A stretch of DNA of 64,000 nt from a bacterium (GTDB taxonomy: Bacteria > SZUA-182 > DTGQ01 > JAFGSM01): NCBI GenBank assembly GCA_049472335.1, contig JBLIRO010000003.1:77608-141607 (forward strand). Reading direction: 5' to 3'. The notes below the pieces were generated by a model. It saw only the letters and a list, made by a program, of their open reading frames with translations, did no database searches and was not told the origin of the DNA. The position numbers were made by a program, and so were the translations under genes. How positions within the stretch are numbered: position 1 is the first letter of the stretch; every line of letters starts with the position of its first letter. Below are positions 1 to 8,485 of this stretch, one piece after another.

Positions 1-1
1 T

Positions 2-196
2 GAACCAAATGGAACTCTATATCCAATATCTGGGCCAGGTTTTCACCAACTGAATAGAGGTGCATTCAAAGCGCTTGGAATCTATAATAAGTTTGGAAAT
101 ACTTCACGAGCAACCGATATATTAAATGCTATGAATATTAGTAGTGCTGACCGTGATGCTGCACTTAGTGTTTGGAGAATTTTACAGGGAGGGTAA
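2..196 (+). CDS. 3' end of a gene truncated by the window; possible polymorphic-toxin tip
   Basis: Open frame from base 2 (EPNGTLYPISGPGFHQLNRGAFKALGIYNKFG...VWRILQGG) to TAA at 194-196, followed 6 nt later by a small gene. The toxin role is inferred from layout only. Confidence 0.45.
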   Translation, partial: EPNGTLYPISGPGFHQLNRGAFKALGIYNKFGNTSRATDILNAMNISSADRDAALSVWRILQGG

Positions 197-202
197 AAAA
201 AG

Positions 203-616
203 ATGATTTGGGAAGAAGTTCTTGTAGACCATAGTCTTACCTTTAATGAAATAGCAGATACTCTATCAAAATTATTTTCGGTTTCGCCAGCAAATATCTT
301 GGTCATTGATGATATTGCCAAGGTCAGCGTCAACAAACATGTACGGATATTGTGTGAACGTATGCAGATAAAAGGTGATTTTTCGATAAGGCTTTCTATC
401 TATTTGCGTGACCCTGATTTAGAGCAGCTTGAGAGTAAGGTAATCATCGGGCAATTCTGCGACATATTACACTGTAAGTGCTTGATGTCAGATGAATCTC
501 TTAATCCTTTCTCGTGGCTTTTAGTGCAAGGATCATCGAACATTCAAGCTGTTTTCCTAAATCCGGATAAGTTTGAGAAAGAAGAGTATGTAATTGAGAA
601 GTCTGCAACAGACTAA
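203..616 (+). CDS. Hypothetical protein, candidate immunity protein
   Basis: 137-aa ORF with GGAGG RBS inside the upstream gene end; no recognised catalytic motif. Confidence 0.5.
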   Translation: MIWEEVLVDHSLTFNEIADTLSKLFSVSPANILVIDDIAKVSVNKHVRILCERMQIKGDFSIRLSIYLRDPDLEQLESKVIIGQFCDILHCKCLMSDESLNPFSWLLVQGSSNIQAVFLNPDKFEKEEYVIEKSATD

Positions 617-834
617 TGAGTTTGGATGTATACCATAAGTAACACTAAGAAATTGAGGACAGAGGCCTTTTTCTGTTTAGCCTTCCGTGTACTTAGCTAG
701 CGGACAAAAGCGACATAGCAATTATATCTGCCTTCAAGCTTTACCGTATGGAACAAATAGTTAATCCTTAATCAAACACATATAAAGGAAAAAAACACAA
801 GACTAATATACAAAATAAGAGGAGATGATATACG

Positions 835-1512
835 ATGCATACCAGCACCTCAATGATTCGAACCGAGGAAATTAGCTCAACGCAGATTTGTGAGCCAGGG
901 AATGGGAACCTTGCAGCGCTTGTGGAGGGATTACGTTGTGAGGTTGTCCAGGGCTTTCTCGATTCACATATCCGTTCGAACAAAAACGCTGGGAAATCTC
1001 TGGAGATCGCCTCCTTCTGTTATGCCCTTATTGAGCTGCTTAAGGAGAAAGGAATCATCAGCTTTGATGAATTGGATGATCGCCAGAAGGTCGTAAATAA
1101 ACGCCTGGTAAAGAAATTCGAAGAGCAGGGTATGGGAGTTGTGGCCTTGCAGGAGTTCAAGCAGGATAAGTATAAATACAAGGAGGAGGTCAAGATCGAT
1201 TGTGAGAATCGTATTCATATATGCAATGCTGCCTGTTGCAGGTTTGATCTGGCGCTTTCTAAACAGGATATAGAAGAAGGCATCGTAAAGTGGGAGTTAG
1301 GGAAACCATATCTGATAGCAAGGAATGCTGACGGGTATTGCCGGCATTATGACAGGACGACAAGCCGTTGTTCGGTCTGGCAGCATAGACCGATTCCGTG
1401 TCGTGGATATGACTGCCGGAAAGACGGGCGTATCTGGATTGACTTTGAAAAGGCTATTATCAATCCAGACCTGGAAGATCTGTTCAGTCAGCGGGACGAG
1501 ATGACCAAGTAG
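835..1512 (+). CDS. YkgJ/CxxCxxCC-like cysteine-cluster protein
   Basis: CENRIHICNAACC ... CRHY ... CSVWQHRPIPCRGYDC pattern; AGGAGG RBS upstream. Confidence 0.75.
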   Translation: MHTSTSMIRTEEISSTQICEPGNGNLAALVEGLRCEVVQGFLDSHIRSNKNAGKSLEIASFCYALIELLKEKGIISFDELDDRQKVVNKRLVKKFEEQGMGVVALQEFKQDKYKYKEEVKIDCENRIHICNAACCRFDLALSKQDIEEGIVKWELGKPYLIARNADGYCRHYDRTTSRCSVWQHRPIPCRGYDCRKDGRIWIDFEKAIINPDLEDLFSQRDEMTK

Positions 1513-1525
1513 AGGATGAATAATA

Positions 1526-4500
1526 ATGCAAGAAACCGGGAAAGAAAAAAGCGAAATGAACGATCTGCCATTTGTCTCCTGTATCATGCCCACAGCCAAT
1601 CGACGACGTTTTGTGCCACAGGCGATCACGTACTTTCTCAGGCAGGACTATTGTAACAGGGAGCTTATCATTGCCGATGACGGGACGGACCCTGTCCGGG
1701 ACCTGGTTCCGGATGACGTACATATTCGTTATATAAGGCTTGATCACCCAATCAGTGTTGGTGCCAAACGAAATTTTGCATGCAGGGAAGCAAAGGGCGA
1801 TATTATCATCCACTGGGATGATGATGACTGGATGGCAGATTGGCGCATAACATATCAGGTGAGAAGCCTCCTGGATGGACATGCTGATATTTGCGGGCTG
1901 GATAAGGTTGTCTTTTATAATCCGTATTCAGAGCAATCATGGCGGTATGTCTTTCCCAGGGGCGGCAAGCTCTGGGTCGTAGGAGGCACCTTCTGTTATA
2001 CAAAGGCATTTTGGAGCAGGAATCCCTTTCCCGAGATGAAGGTAGGCGAGGATACGCGTTTTCTCTGGACCAGCCGTCCCAAAAAGGTTTTAGTCTTACA
2101 AAATGAAGGTTTTTATGTGGCTATCATACACCCTGAAAATACAAGCCCTAAGATGACCAGGAATAGCAGATGGCATTCTTTTGATGTCAAGGATGTTCAT
2201 GATCTTTTGGGGAAGGATCTGAATTTCTATAAAATACTTTCAAAACAGGATGAAAAGGACTCAAACGTTAAGGGTGTTAATATGGCGGCATCTCAAACGA
2301 AAGTATTATCGGGATCTAATAAGGATAATGCCGGCTGCAGCGGGCCTCCTCCGGATTATGCAATCATTATGGTTGTCCATAACGGGTGCGAGATTGTAAA
2401 GATGTCAACCCAAAGGATACTGCGGCACAGTGCAGATTATAAGGCCCGCCTGGTTGTAGTGGATAATGCCTCTGATGACGGCACTGAAGAGTGGCTGAAG
2501 ATGCTGGCACAGCGAGGTGATATTGATTTGATAAAAAGCAAAAGGAATATAGGCCATGGCCCAGGCATTGAGCTGGCCCGCCGTGAAATATGCTCTCCAT
2601 ATATTGTAACCATTGACAGCGACGCATTTCCCCTTTCCGATGACTGGCTCAGGCAGCTTCATGCCCGTTTGCAGGATAATGTAAAGGTAACAGGTATTCT
2701 GCATCACAGGGATTATATCCATCCCTCATGTTTGATGATTGCCCGTAAGACCCTTGATGAGCTAAATCTCACTTTTTTGGATGAAAAAGACCGGGCCAGC
2801 AGGTTAGATGTGGCAGAAAGAATAAGCTGTGAGATCAAGAAGAGAGGATTACGGATTGCCGGCCTTGAGTGTACAGGGGCAAAACGGCGGGGCAGCGCCT
2901 CCGAGCCTGTGTATCTGGGGTCTGAGTATGGCCAGATCGTTTATCATCAGTGGTATACAACACGGGCTGCCATGGCTCCAGGCCGCCCTGTGGATGATGT
3001 GCCAAGAGAGGCCATTGAGCAATCCCTGGACGAGGTCTTTGAAGAATATCATGCTGAACCGAGGGATATAATTGTTGTAATAGGAGTACGTGTCAATTCC
3101 AATGAGCCGCTGCGTCTGAGAAATGTAAAGGCCTGCATGCATGCGCTCAACCTTCAGGATTTGCCACGCTGGCGCTATCGCATAGTTGTTGTTGAACAGG
3201 ATCGTACACAGCATCTTAAATCAATTTTAGGGCCCCTTGCCGACCGGTATATCTTTGCCTATAATCCCGGACCTTACAACAGAGGCTGGGCATTCAACAT
3301 TGGGGCCTCCTTAGGTTCTCATAGGAATGGGATCCTTTGCCTGATTGACGCAGACCTGCTTGTTCAGCCCGACTTTTTGAGCTGCGGTCTTAAAGCCTTT
3401 CAGTCCGGCATGCGGGCTTTCCTTCCATACAGGGCAATCACTTATCTTGATAGAGTATCAACGGTACGGGCCATTAAGGACAGGCTGGAAACGCCTATGC
3501 GCCGGCTTGATCCCGGCCGCTATCATGGCCGCCTCTTTACGACTTCACAGGGAGGCTGTATCTGGGTTGATGCATCTTTATATCATGAAATCGGAGGCCA
3601 TGATGAGCGCTTCAGGGGTTGGGGATTTGAGGATCGTGAGTTCTGGGCGAGATTATCGCGCGCTGCCAAAACAGGGCGTTTGGAGAGACGTCTCCTGCAT
3701 CTTGATCATCCTCCGCCATCCATGCATGATCAATGGGTAAGGAAAAATGAAAGGCTTCATTATGATTTAACATCGTCTTTATTAAATAAATCTTTGGCTC
3801 CTATAGGCAATATAGAATTGTATACCACAGGAAGCCGGCCTGCCGGCAGGGAGAATGAACATTCAATTCCCGGCCTGCGTGAATGGGAAAACTGGCACAG
3901 ATGGCCTGTAAAGCGTATCGAAGATATCGTATGGGATGAAAGACGCCTTTCCCCCAGGTCGAGCATGAGGAGCAAACTGGCCAGGATTATTGTTGAATTC
4001 GGAAATACCTTTCTGGATGTCGGCTGCGGTCCCGGTGCTTTATGGCCCCATTTGAAAATATTGCGGCCTCGTATTTCATGTGTGGGGATGGATGTAACAT
4101 ATAAGATGCTTGAAGTGGCACACAGGCTTTTTCCCGATATCCCTCTATGTCATTCTGATGCAGGCGCCCTTCCCTTTTCTGACAATTGCTTTGATGTTGT
4201 CCTGGCCCGTCACTTGCTTGAGCATCTTCCTGATTGGTTGATGGAAAAAGTATTGAATGAGGCGATTCGTGTGGCCTGCCGGGCTGTAGTATTGGGATTT
4301 TACAAAAGGCCTCGTACACAAGGTTGCCGCTGTACAACCAGGCTGAATGAAAATTTTCTGGAGACATGCTGGACCGCAACAGAGCTTGAAACACTTATTT
4401 TAAAAGCCGGTTGGTATGTAAGTAAACGATTTACAATTACAGGCTCTCGTAATGAAAAGGATGAGATTTGGATACTAGACAGCAAACAAAAAAACGTAGA

Positions 4501-5116
4501 ATTGGACCGATCTGATAAAGGCACTCATAATAAGGGTAAACCCAAAATAAGCATTATTATGCCCACTTACAAACGTTCCCATACTATATTTCATGCTGTC
4601 GAAAGTATAATAAATCAAACCTATGATAACTGGGAGCTGATTATAATAGACAATGCCGGAGATGGGCATTATTATTTCGATGAGCCGCGTATCCGTGTAT
4701 ATTGCCATACAGGCAGGATTAGTGCGAGCTATGCCCGTAATATGGGTTTGCAATATGCTACCGGTGATATTGTATGCTTTTTCGATGATGATGACGAAAT
4801 GCTTCCTGAATACCTGGAACGTATAGCAGCTAAATTCCAGGCAAATCCAAAGGCTCAGATGGTGCGCTGCGGAATGATTGTAAGGGAAGGCAATGAGAAT
4901 TACAGTTACGCAACACCTGAATGCTCTCTCAGAAAAAACCTGGCAACACCAACCTGGAGGGCCATAGATGGTATTGTGCAAGACCAGCGATATTTTTCCC
5001 GTATTATTAAGGCAAATGGATTATCGGAAAAAAATGGCAGCATTGCTGTAATAAAAGAAGGACTTTGCAGGGCTAATACAGATCCGCATGGAGGATTAAG
5101 GGCCGGGAGGTATTGA
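1526..5116 (+). CDS. Multidomain protein: GT2-GT2-GT2/galactosyltransferase-like, class I SAM methyltransferase, GT2
   Basis: VSCIMPT...HWDDDD; IIMVVHN...VVDNAS...IDSD; IVVVEQD...IDAD...GGHDERFRGWGFED; LDVGCGPG; ISIIMPTY...FFDDDD. Confidence 0.85.
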   Translation: MQETGKEKSEMNDLPFVSCIMPTANRRRFVPQAITYFLRQDYCNRELIIADDGTDPVRDLVPDDVHIRYIRLDHPISVGAKRNFACREAKGDIIIHWDDDDWMADWRITYQVRSLLDGHADICGLDKVVFYNPYSEQSWRYVFPRGGKLWVVGGTFCYTKAFWSRNPFPEMKVGEDTRFLWTSRPKKVLVLQNEGFYVAIIHPENTSPKMTRNSRWHSFDVKDVHDLLGKDLNFYKILSKQDEKDSNVKGVNMAASQTKVLSGSNKDNAGCSGPPPDYAIIMVVHNGCEIVKMSTQRILRHSADYKARLVVVDNASDDGTEEWLKMLAQRGDIDLIKSKRNIGHGPGIELARREICSPYIVTIDSDAFPLSDDWLRQLHARLQDNVKVTGILHHRDYIHPSCLMIARKTLDELNLTFLDEKDRASRLDVAERISCEIKKRGLRIAGLECTGAKRRGSASEPVYLGSEYGQIVYHQWYTTRAAMAPGRPVDDVPREAIEQSLDEVFEEYHAEPRDIIVVIGVRVNSNEPLRLRNVKACMHALNLQDLPRWRYRIVVVEQDRTQHLKSILGPLADRYIFAYNPGPYNRGWAFNIGASLGSHRNGILCLIDADLLVQPDFLSCGLKAFQSGMRAFLPYRAITYLDRVSTVRAIKDRLETPMRRLDPGRYHGRLFTTSQGGCIWVDASLYHEIGGHDERFRGWGFEDREFWARLSRAAKTGRLERRLLHLDHPPPSMHDQWVRKNERLHYDLTSSLLNKSLAPIGNIELYTTGSRPAGRENEHSIPGLREWENWHRWPVKRIEDIVWDERRLSPRSSMRSKLARIIVEFGNTFLDVGCGPGALWPHLKILRPRISCVGMDVTYKMLEVAHRLFPDIPLCHSDAGALPFSDNCFDVVLARHLLEHLPDWLMEKVLNEAIRVACRAVVLGFYKRPRTQGCRCTTRLNENFLETCWTATELETLILKAGWYVSKRFTITGSRNEKDEIWILDSKQKNVELDRSDKGTHNKGKPKISIIMPTYKRSHTIFHAVESIINQTYDNWELIIIDNAGDGHYYFDEPRIRVYCHTGRISASYARNMGLQYATGDIVCFFDDDDEMLPEYLERIAAKFQANPKAQMVRCGMIVREGNENYSYATPECSLRKNLATPTWRAIDGIVQDQRYFSRIIKANGLSEKNGSIAVIKEGLCRANTDPHGGLRAGRY

Positions 5117-5137
5117 GATTAATTTCGTTGTAACATC

Positions 5138-7726
5138 TTAGTTATTGTCACAAGCCCTTATTTCTCTTATATTAATACTTGCCTGTTCGCCAGCATCCCT
5201 TGTCAGCATCCAGTATCCTTTGCCGGGCTCAAGTTTTCCTGATACGGGGATCCTTACATATCCGTATCCTTGTTCATAGCAATAGATGACGGAAATATTA
5301 CAGTTTTTTGCTGACGCTTTAGCATCCGATGAGCACCCACCGATCATATGCCACGCATCATAGTTTACGGAAAGGGTATAATCCTTTATAAACCAGCCTG
5401 TCAGCTGATAGCTTTTTCCCTGGTTTAATAAGATCCAATAACCCTTTCCGGCTTCCAGATTTTCCTCCGGTTTCACACTCACATATCCACTCTCTTTTTC
5501 ATACCTATACATAATGACGGCTTCTGAAAAAACGGAAGATACTTTTGTGCTGTATGGTATAACTGGTAAAGAAATCATGCTCCAGCCTGAAATTAATTCC
5601 AAATTTATTTTTTTATCTATAATAAAGGCACTATTAAGAACAGCATATCCGCCGTCCTGATTAGTCAAATGAAAATTATAAGTACCGGATCGAAGGCCCA
5701 TGGGAATGATGGCTGTAATTGTATTCGAATCCACATATGTTATATTTGTTAAAGGTTTAAGTTTTTCAATCACCCAAAGCCCTGCAGATTCATCAGCTAC
5801 ATATATGTATGTATTTGTTCCATATACACCTCCGGCATAGCCCGGCGTATCACAGGCCCCTGCAATAATGGGATTCGCTGGATCGCTTATATCGATAACC
5901 TGAAGCCCTGAACTTCCGTCTGTTACATAGGCGTGTTCTTCTGTAACATAGACGCTGGAGGCATATCCTGGCGTATCGCAGGCTCCTGCAATGACCGGAT
6001 TCACGGGATCGCTTATATCGATAACCTGAAGCCCTGAATCCCCATCTGCCATATAGGCGTAGAAGCCCTCTACATAGACGTCCAGGGCAGAGTCCGGCGT
6101 ATCGCATGTTCCAGCAATGATTAAATTGTTGGGGTCACTTATGTCAATCACCTGAAGCCCTGAATCCCCATCAGCTACATAAGCATAGTTGTCCGAAACA
6201 TAAACATCCCATGCAAGATCAGGCGTATCAAAGGTCCCAATAATATTAAGATTATTGGGGTCACTTATATCAACCACCTGAAGCCCGTAATCCCAATCTG
6301 CCATATAGGCGTAATTGCCCTTGACATGGATTCCTTCGGCATATCCCGGTGTATCGCAGGCTCCTGCAATGACCGGATTCACGGGATTGCTTATATCGAT
6401 CACCTGAAGCCCTGAATCCCAATCCGCCATATAGGCAAAAGTACCCATAACATAAACTCCCTTAGCGTATCCAGGCGTATCGCAGGTTCCTTCTACGCTT
6501 GGACTGGCAAGGTCGCTTATATTGACTATTTGAAGCCCTGCATCCCAATCCGCTATATAGGCGTAGTTGTTCATGACATAAAGGTCTATTGCAGAGCCTG
6601 TGGTATCGCAGATTCCTGCTACGCTTGGATTAACAGGATCACTTATGTAAATTATCTGAAGCCCTGAATCCCCGTCTGCTACATATGCATACGGATCAGT
6701 GATATAAATGCCCTGTGCATTCCCCTGTGTATCACAGACCCCTGAGATAACCATATTAGCAGGATCGTATACATCAATTATCTGAAGTCCTGAATCCCCA
6801 TCTGTCAAATAGGCAAAGGAGTCTATGACGTAAACCCCTTTTGCAGGGTCTGGCATGTCACAGTTTCCAACAATTTTTAGATTGAAAGGATCGCTTATTG
6901 CGACCACCTGAAGCCCTGAATCCCAGTCAGCCACATATGCATATGTATCCTTGACAAAGACATCCCAGGCAAAATCCGGAGTATCGCAGGTTCCTGTAAT
7001 ACTTAGATTATTAGGATCACTTATTGTAATCACCTGAAGCCCTGAATCCCCATCTGCCACGTATGCATAGTCACCTGTGACATAAACGCCCACCGCATAT
7101 CCCGGAGTATCGCAGAACCCAATAATACTTGGATTGTTTGGGTCGCTTACGTCAATCATTTGGAGCCCTGAGCTCCCATCTGCCAGATATGCATAATTAC
7201 CATTAATATAAACGCCCCCTGCATATCCCGGGGTATCGCAAGAGCCGATAATGCCTGGATTGTTTGGATCGCTTATGTCAAGCAATTGGAGCCCTGAACC
7301 CCTATCTGCCACATAAGCATAAAAATCCTTGACATAGATATCCAAGGCAGAGCCCGGTGTATCACAGGCTCCTGTGATGTTTGGATTGTCAGGATCACTT
7401 ATATCGATTACCAGGACACCTGAACTTCCGTCTGCCACATAGGCGAAGGCATCCCTGATATAGACATCCAAGGCATTATCCGGAGTATCACATGAACCCA
7501 ATATATATGGCCCTCCACCATATAGTGCAGCCTTAGGTTCAGTCTGGAAATCCTCCCCATTAATTGTCACGGATGTCAGAGTTAAATCAGTACCACTATT
7601 TGGATCTATTGAATAGATCTTCGGATGAACCGCCAATGCAAGATTGTAAAAACCAACCGCAATGATAATTGTGATTATTTTGATTATATATCTAATACTA
7701 AAGGATTTATTTGACATTTGTAGCAA
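5138..7726 (-). CDS. Secreted LVIVD-repeat beta-propeller protein with split IPT/TIG domain and a C-terminal GWSMISLP domain
   Basis: Signal peptide; 14 repeats of 42 aa (CDTPGxAxxVYV...YAYVADxxSGLQVIDISDP); IPT-like halves flank the repeats. Confidence 0.85.
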   Translation of the reverse strand: MLQMSNKSFSIRYIIKIITIIIAVGFYNLALAVHPKIYSIDPNSGTDLTLTSVTINGEDFQTEPKAALYGGGPYILGSCDTPDNALDVYIRDAFAYVADGSSGVLVIDISDPDNPNITGACDTPGSALDIYVKDFYAYVADRGSGLQLLDISDPNNPGIIGSCDTPGYAGGVYINGNYAYLADGSSGLQMIDVSDPNNPSIIGFCDTPGYAVGVYVTGDYAYVADGDSGLQVITISDPNNLSITGTCDTPDFAWDVFVKDTYAYVADWDSGLQVVAISDPFNLKIVGNCDMPDPAKGVYVIDSFAYLTDGDSGLQIIDVYDPANMVISGVCDTQGNAQGIYITDPYAYVADGDSGLQIIYISDPVNPSVAGICDTTGSAIDLYVMNNYAYIADWDAGLQIVNISDLASPSVEGTCDTPGYAKGVYVMGTFAYMADWDSGLQVIDISNPVNPVIAGACDTPGYAEGIHVKGNYAYMADWDYGLQVVDISDPNNLNIIGTFDTPDLAWDVYVSDNYAYVADGDSGLQVIDISDPNNLIIAGTCDTPDSALDVYVEGFYAYMADGDSGLQVIDISDPVNPVIAGACDTPGYASSVYVTEEHAYVTDGSSGLQVIDISDPANPIIAGACDTPGYAGGVYGTNTYIYVADESAGLWVIEKLKPLTNITYVDSNTITAIIPMGLRSGTYNFHLTNQDGGYAVLNSAFIIDKKINLELISGWSMISLPVIPYSTKVSSVFSEAVIMYRYEKESGYVSVKPEENLEAGKGYWILLNQGKSYQLTGWFIKDYTLSVNYDAWHMIGGCSSDAKASAKNCNISVIYCYEQGYGYVRIPVSGKLEPGKGYWMLTRDAGEQASINIREIRACDNN
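5770..7510 (-). repeat. Intragenic tandem array of 14 diverged 126-bp units encoding LVIVD repeats (boundaries approximate)
   Basis: Recurrent CACCTGAAGCCCTGAATCCC-like and GTATCGCAGG-like motifs at a 126-bp period. Confidence 0.85.
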
Positions 7727-7737
7727 CCTCCTTTTAG

Positions 7738-7980
7738 TTATACTATTTTACCGAAGGTCTGTTCATATCGCTTGATGGTTTTTTGTAGTATTTCCAGTAG
7801 GGATTTAGCATAGGTGGGACTGGTAATGATTCTGGTATGAAATATTTCCTTTTCTTTTTCAGGATAATACTGTCCGAATTCGATTACAAATTCGAAAGCA
7901 TTCTGGCCGATCTTAAAATAGTTTGAGTATTTTCCTTCAAGTTGATTTGAATTTAAAAGATCCTCAGGCACCTGTTTCAT
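7738..7980 (-). CDS. DUF3467-like small protein
   Basis: GKYSNYFKIGQNAFEFVIEFGQ...RIITSPTYAKSLLEIL...YEQTFGKI pattern. Confidence 0.75.
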   Translation of the reverse strand: MKQVPEDLLNSNQLEGKYSNYFKIGQNAFEFVIEFGQYYPEKEKEIFHTRIITSPTYAKSLLEILQKTIKRYEQTFGKIV

Positions 7981-8057
7981 TAATACCTCTATCTCTCACA
8001 TTTATCCAGTTGTGCAGAATCCGAAAAATAGTTAATTGATATATATTGTTTTTTTGT

Positions 8058-8074
8058 GGCAAGATAGATACCAG
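8058..8074 (-). promoter_or_regulatory. Sigma-54 (-24/-12) promoter for the DUF3467-LVIVD genes
   Basis: Minus strand CTGGTATCTATCTTGCC = TGG-N10-GC with TTGC, about 80 nt upstream of the 7980 start; neighbouring gene is a sigma-54 activator. Confidence 0.7.
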
Positions 8075-8308
8075 ATAAAGTGTCAAAATGTTTATTGTCT
8101 TAACATATTGATAAAAAGGAGGATTGAACAGAACACGATCATCTGTATTATCTCCTTCCTTCAATATATGTATCTTCAATCATGATACACATTTTATCCT
8201 TTTTAAGTATAAAAGTACTTGAGTGAAATAAAAAAACGAGAAAATGATTGATCTAAAAATTTTTCAGTCAATTTAAAAGTTGGGGTCAGTCTAAGCGAAT
8301 CCATTGCT

Positions 8309-8347
8309 TGTCACAATATTTTGTTACAGGAATGTGACATTGTGACA
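8309..8347. promoter_or_regulatory. Cluster of four TGTnACA palindromic boxes, candidate activator-binding sites
   Basis: TGTCACA 8309-8315, TGTTACA 8322-8328, TGTGACA 8333-8339, TGTGACA 8341-8347. Confidence 0.5.
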
Positions 8348-8485
8348 ATATCTTACTCCAAATCCTGCAATTGAAATCTATTATGATTTGAAATCAGCCC
8401 CGCATGCAGCGGTGCTCAGAACGATATAAGTAATGATAGAAGTGATAAAGTAATGAAACCTGGATTAAAAATTTCATTATAATTT

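Noticed and set aside
5770..7510. Regularly spaced DNA repeats resembling a CRISPR array
   Set aside because: The period is 126 bp, in frame, the intervening sequences are homologous, and the whole array encodes LVIVD repeats; no cas genes.
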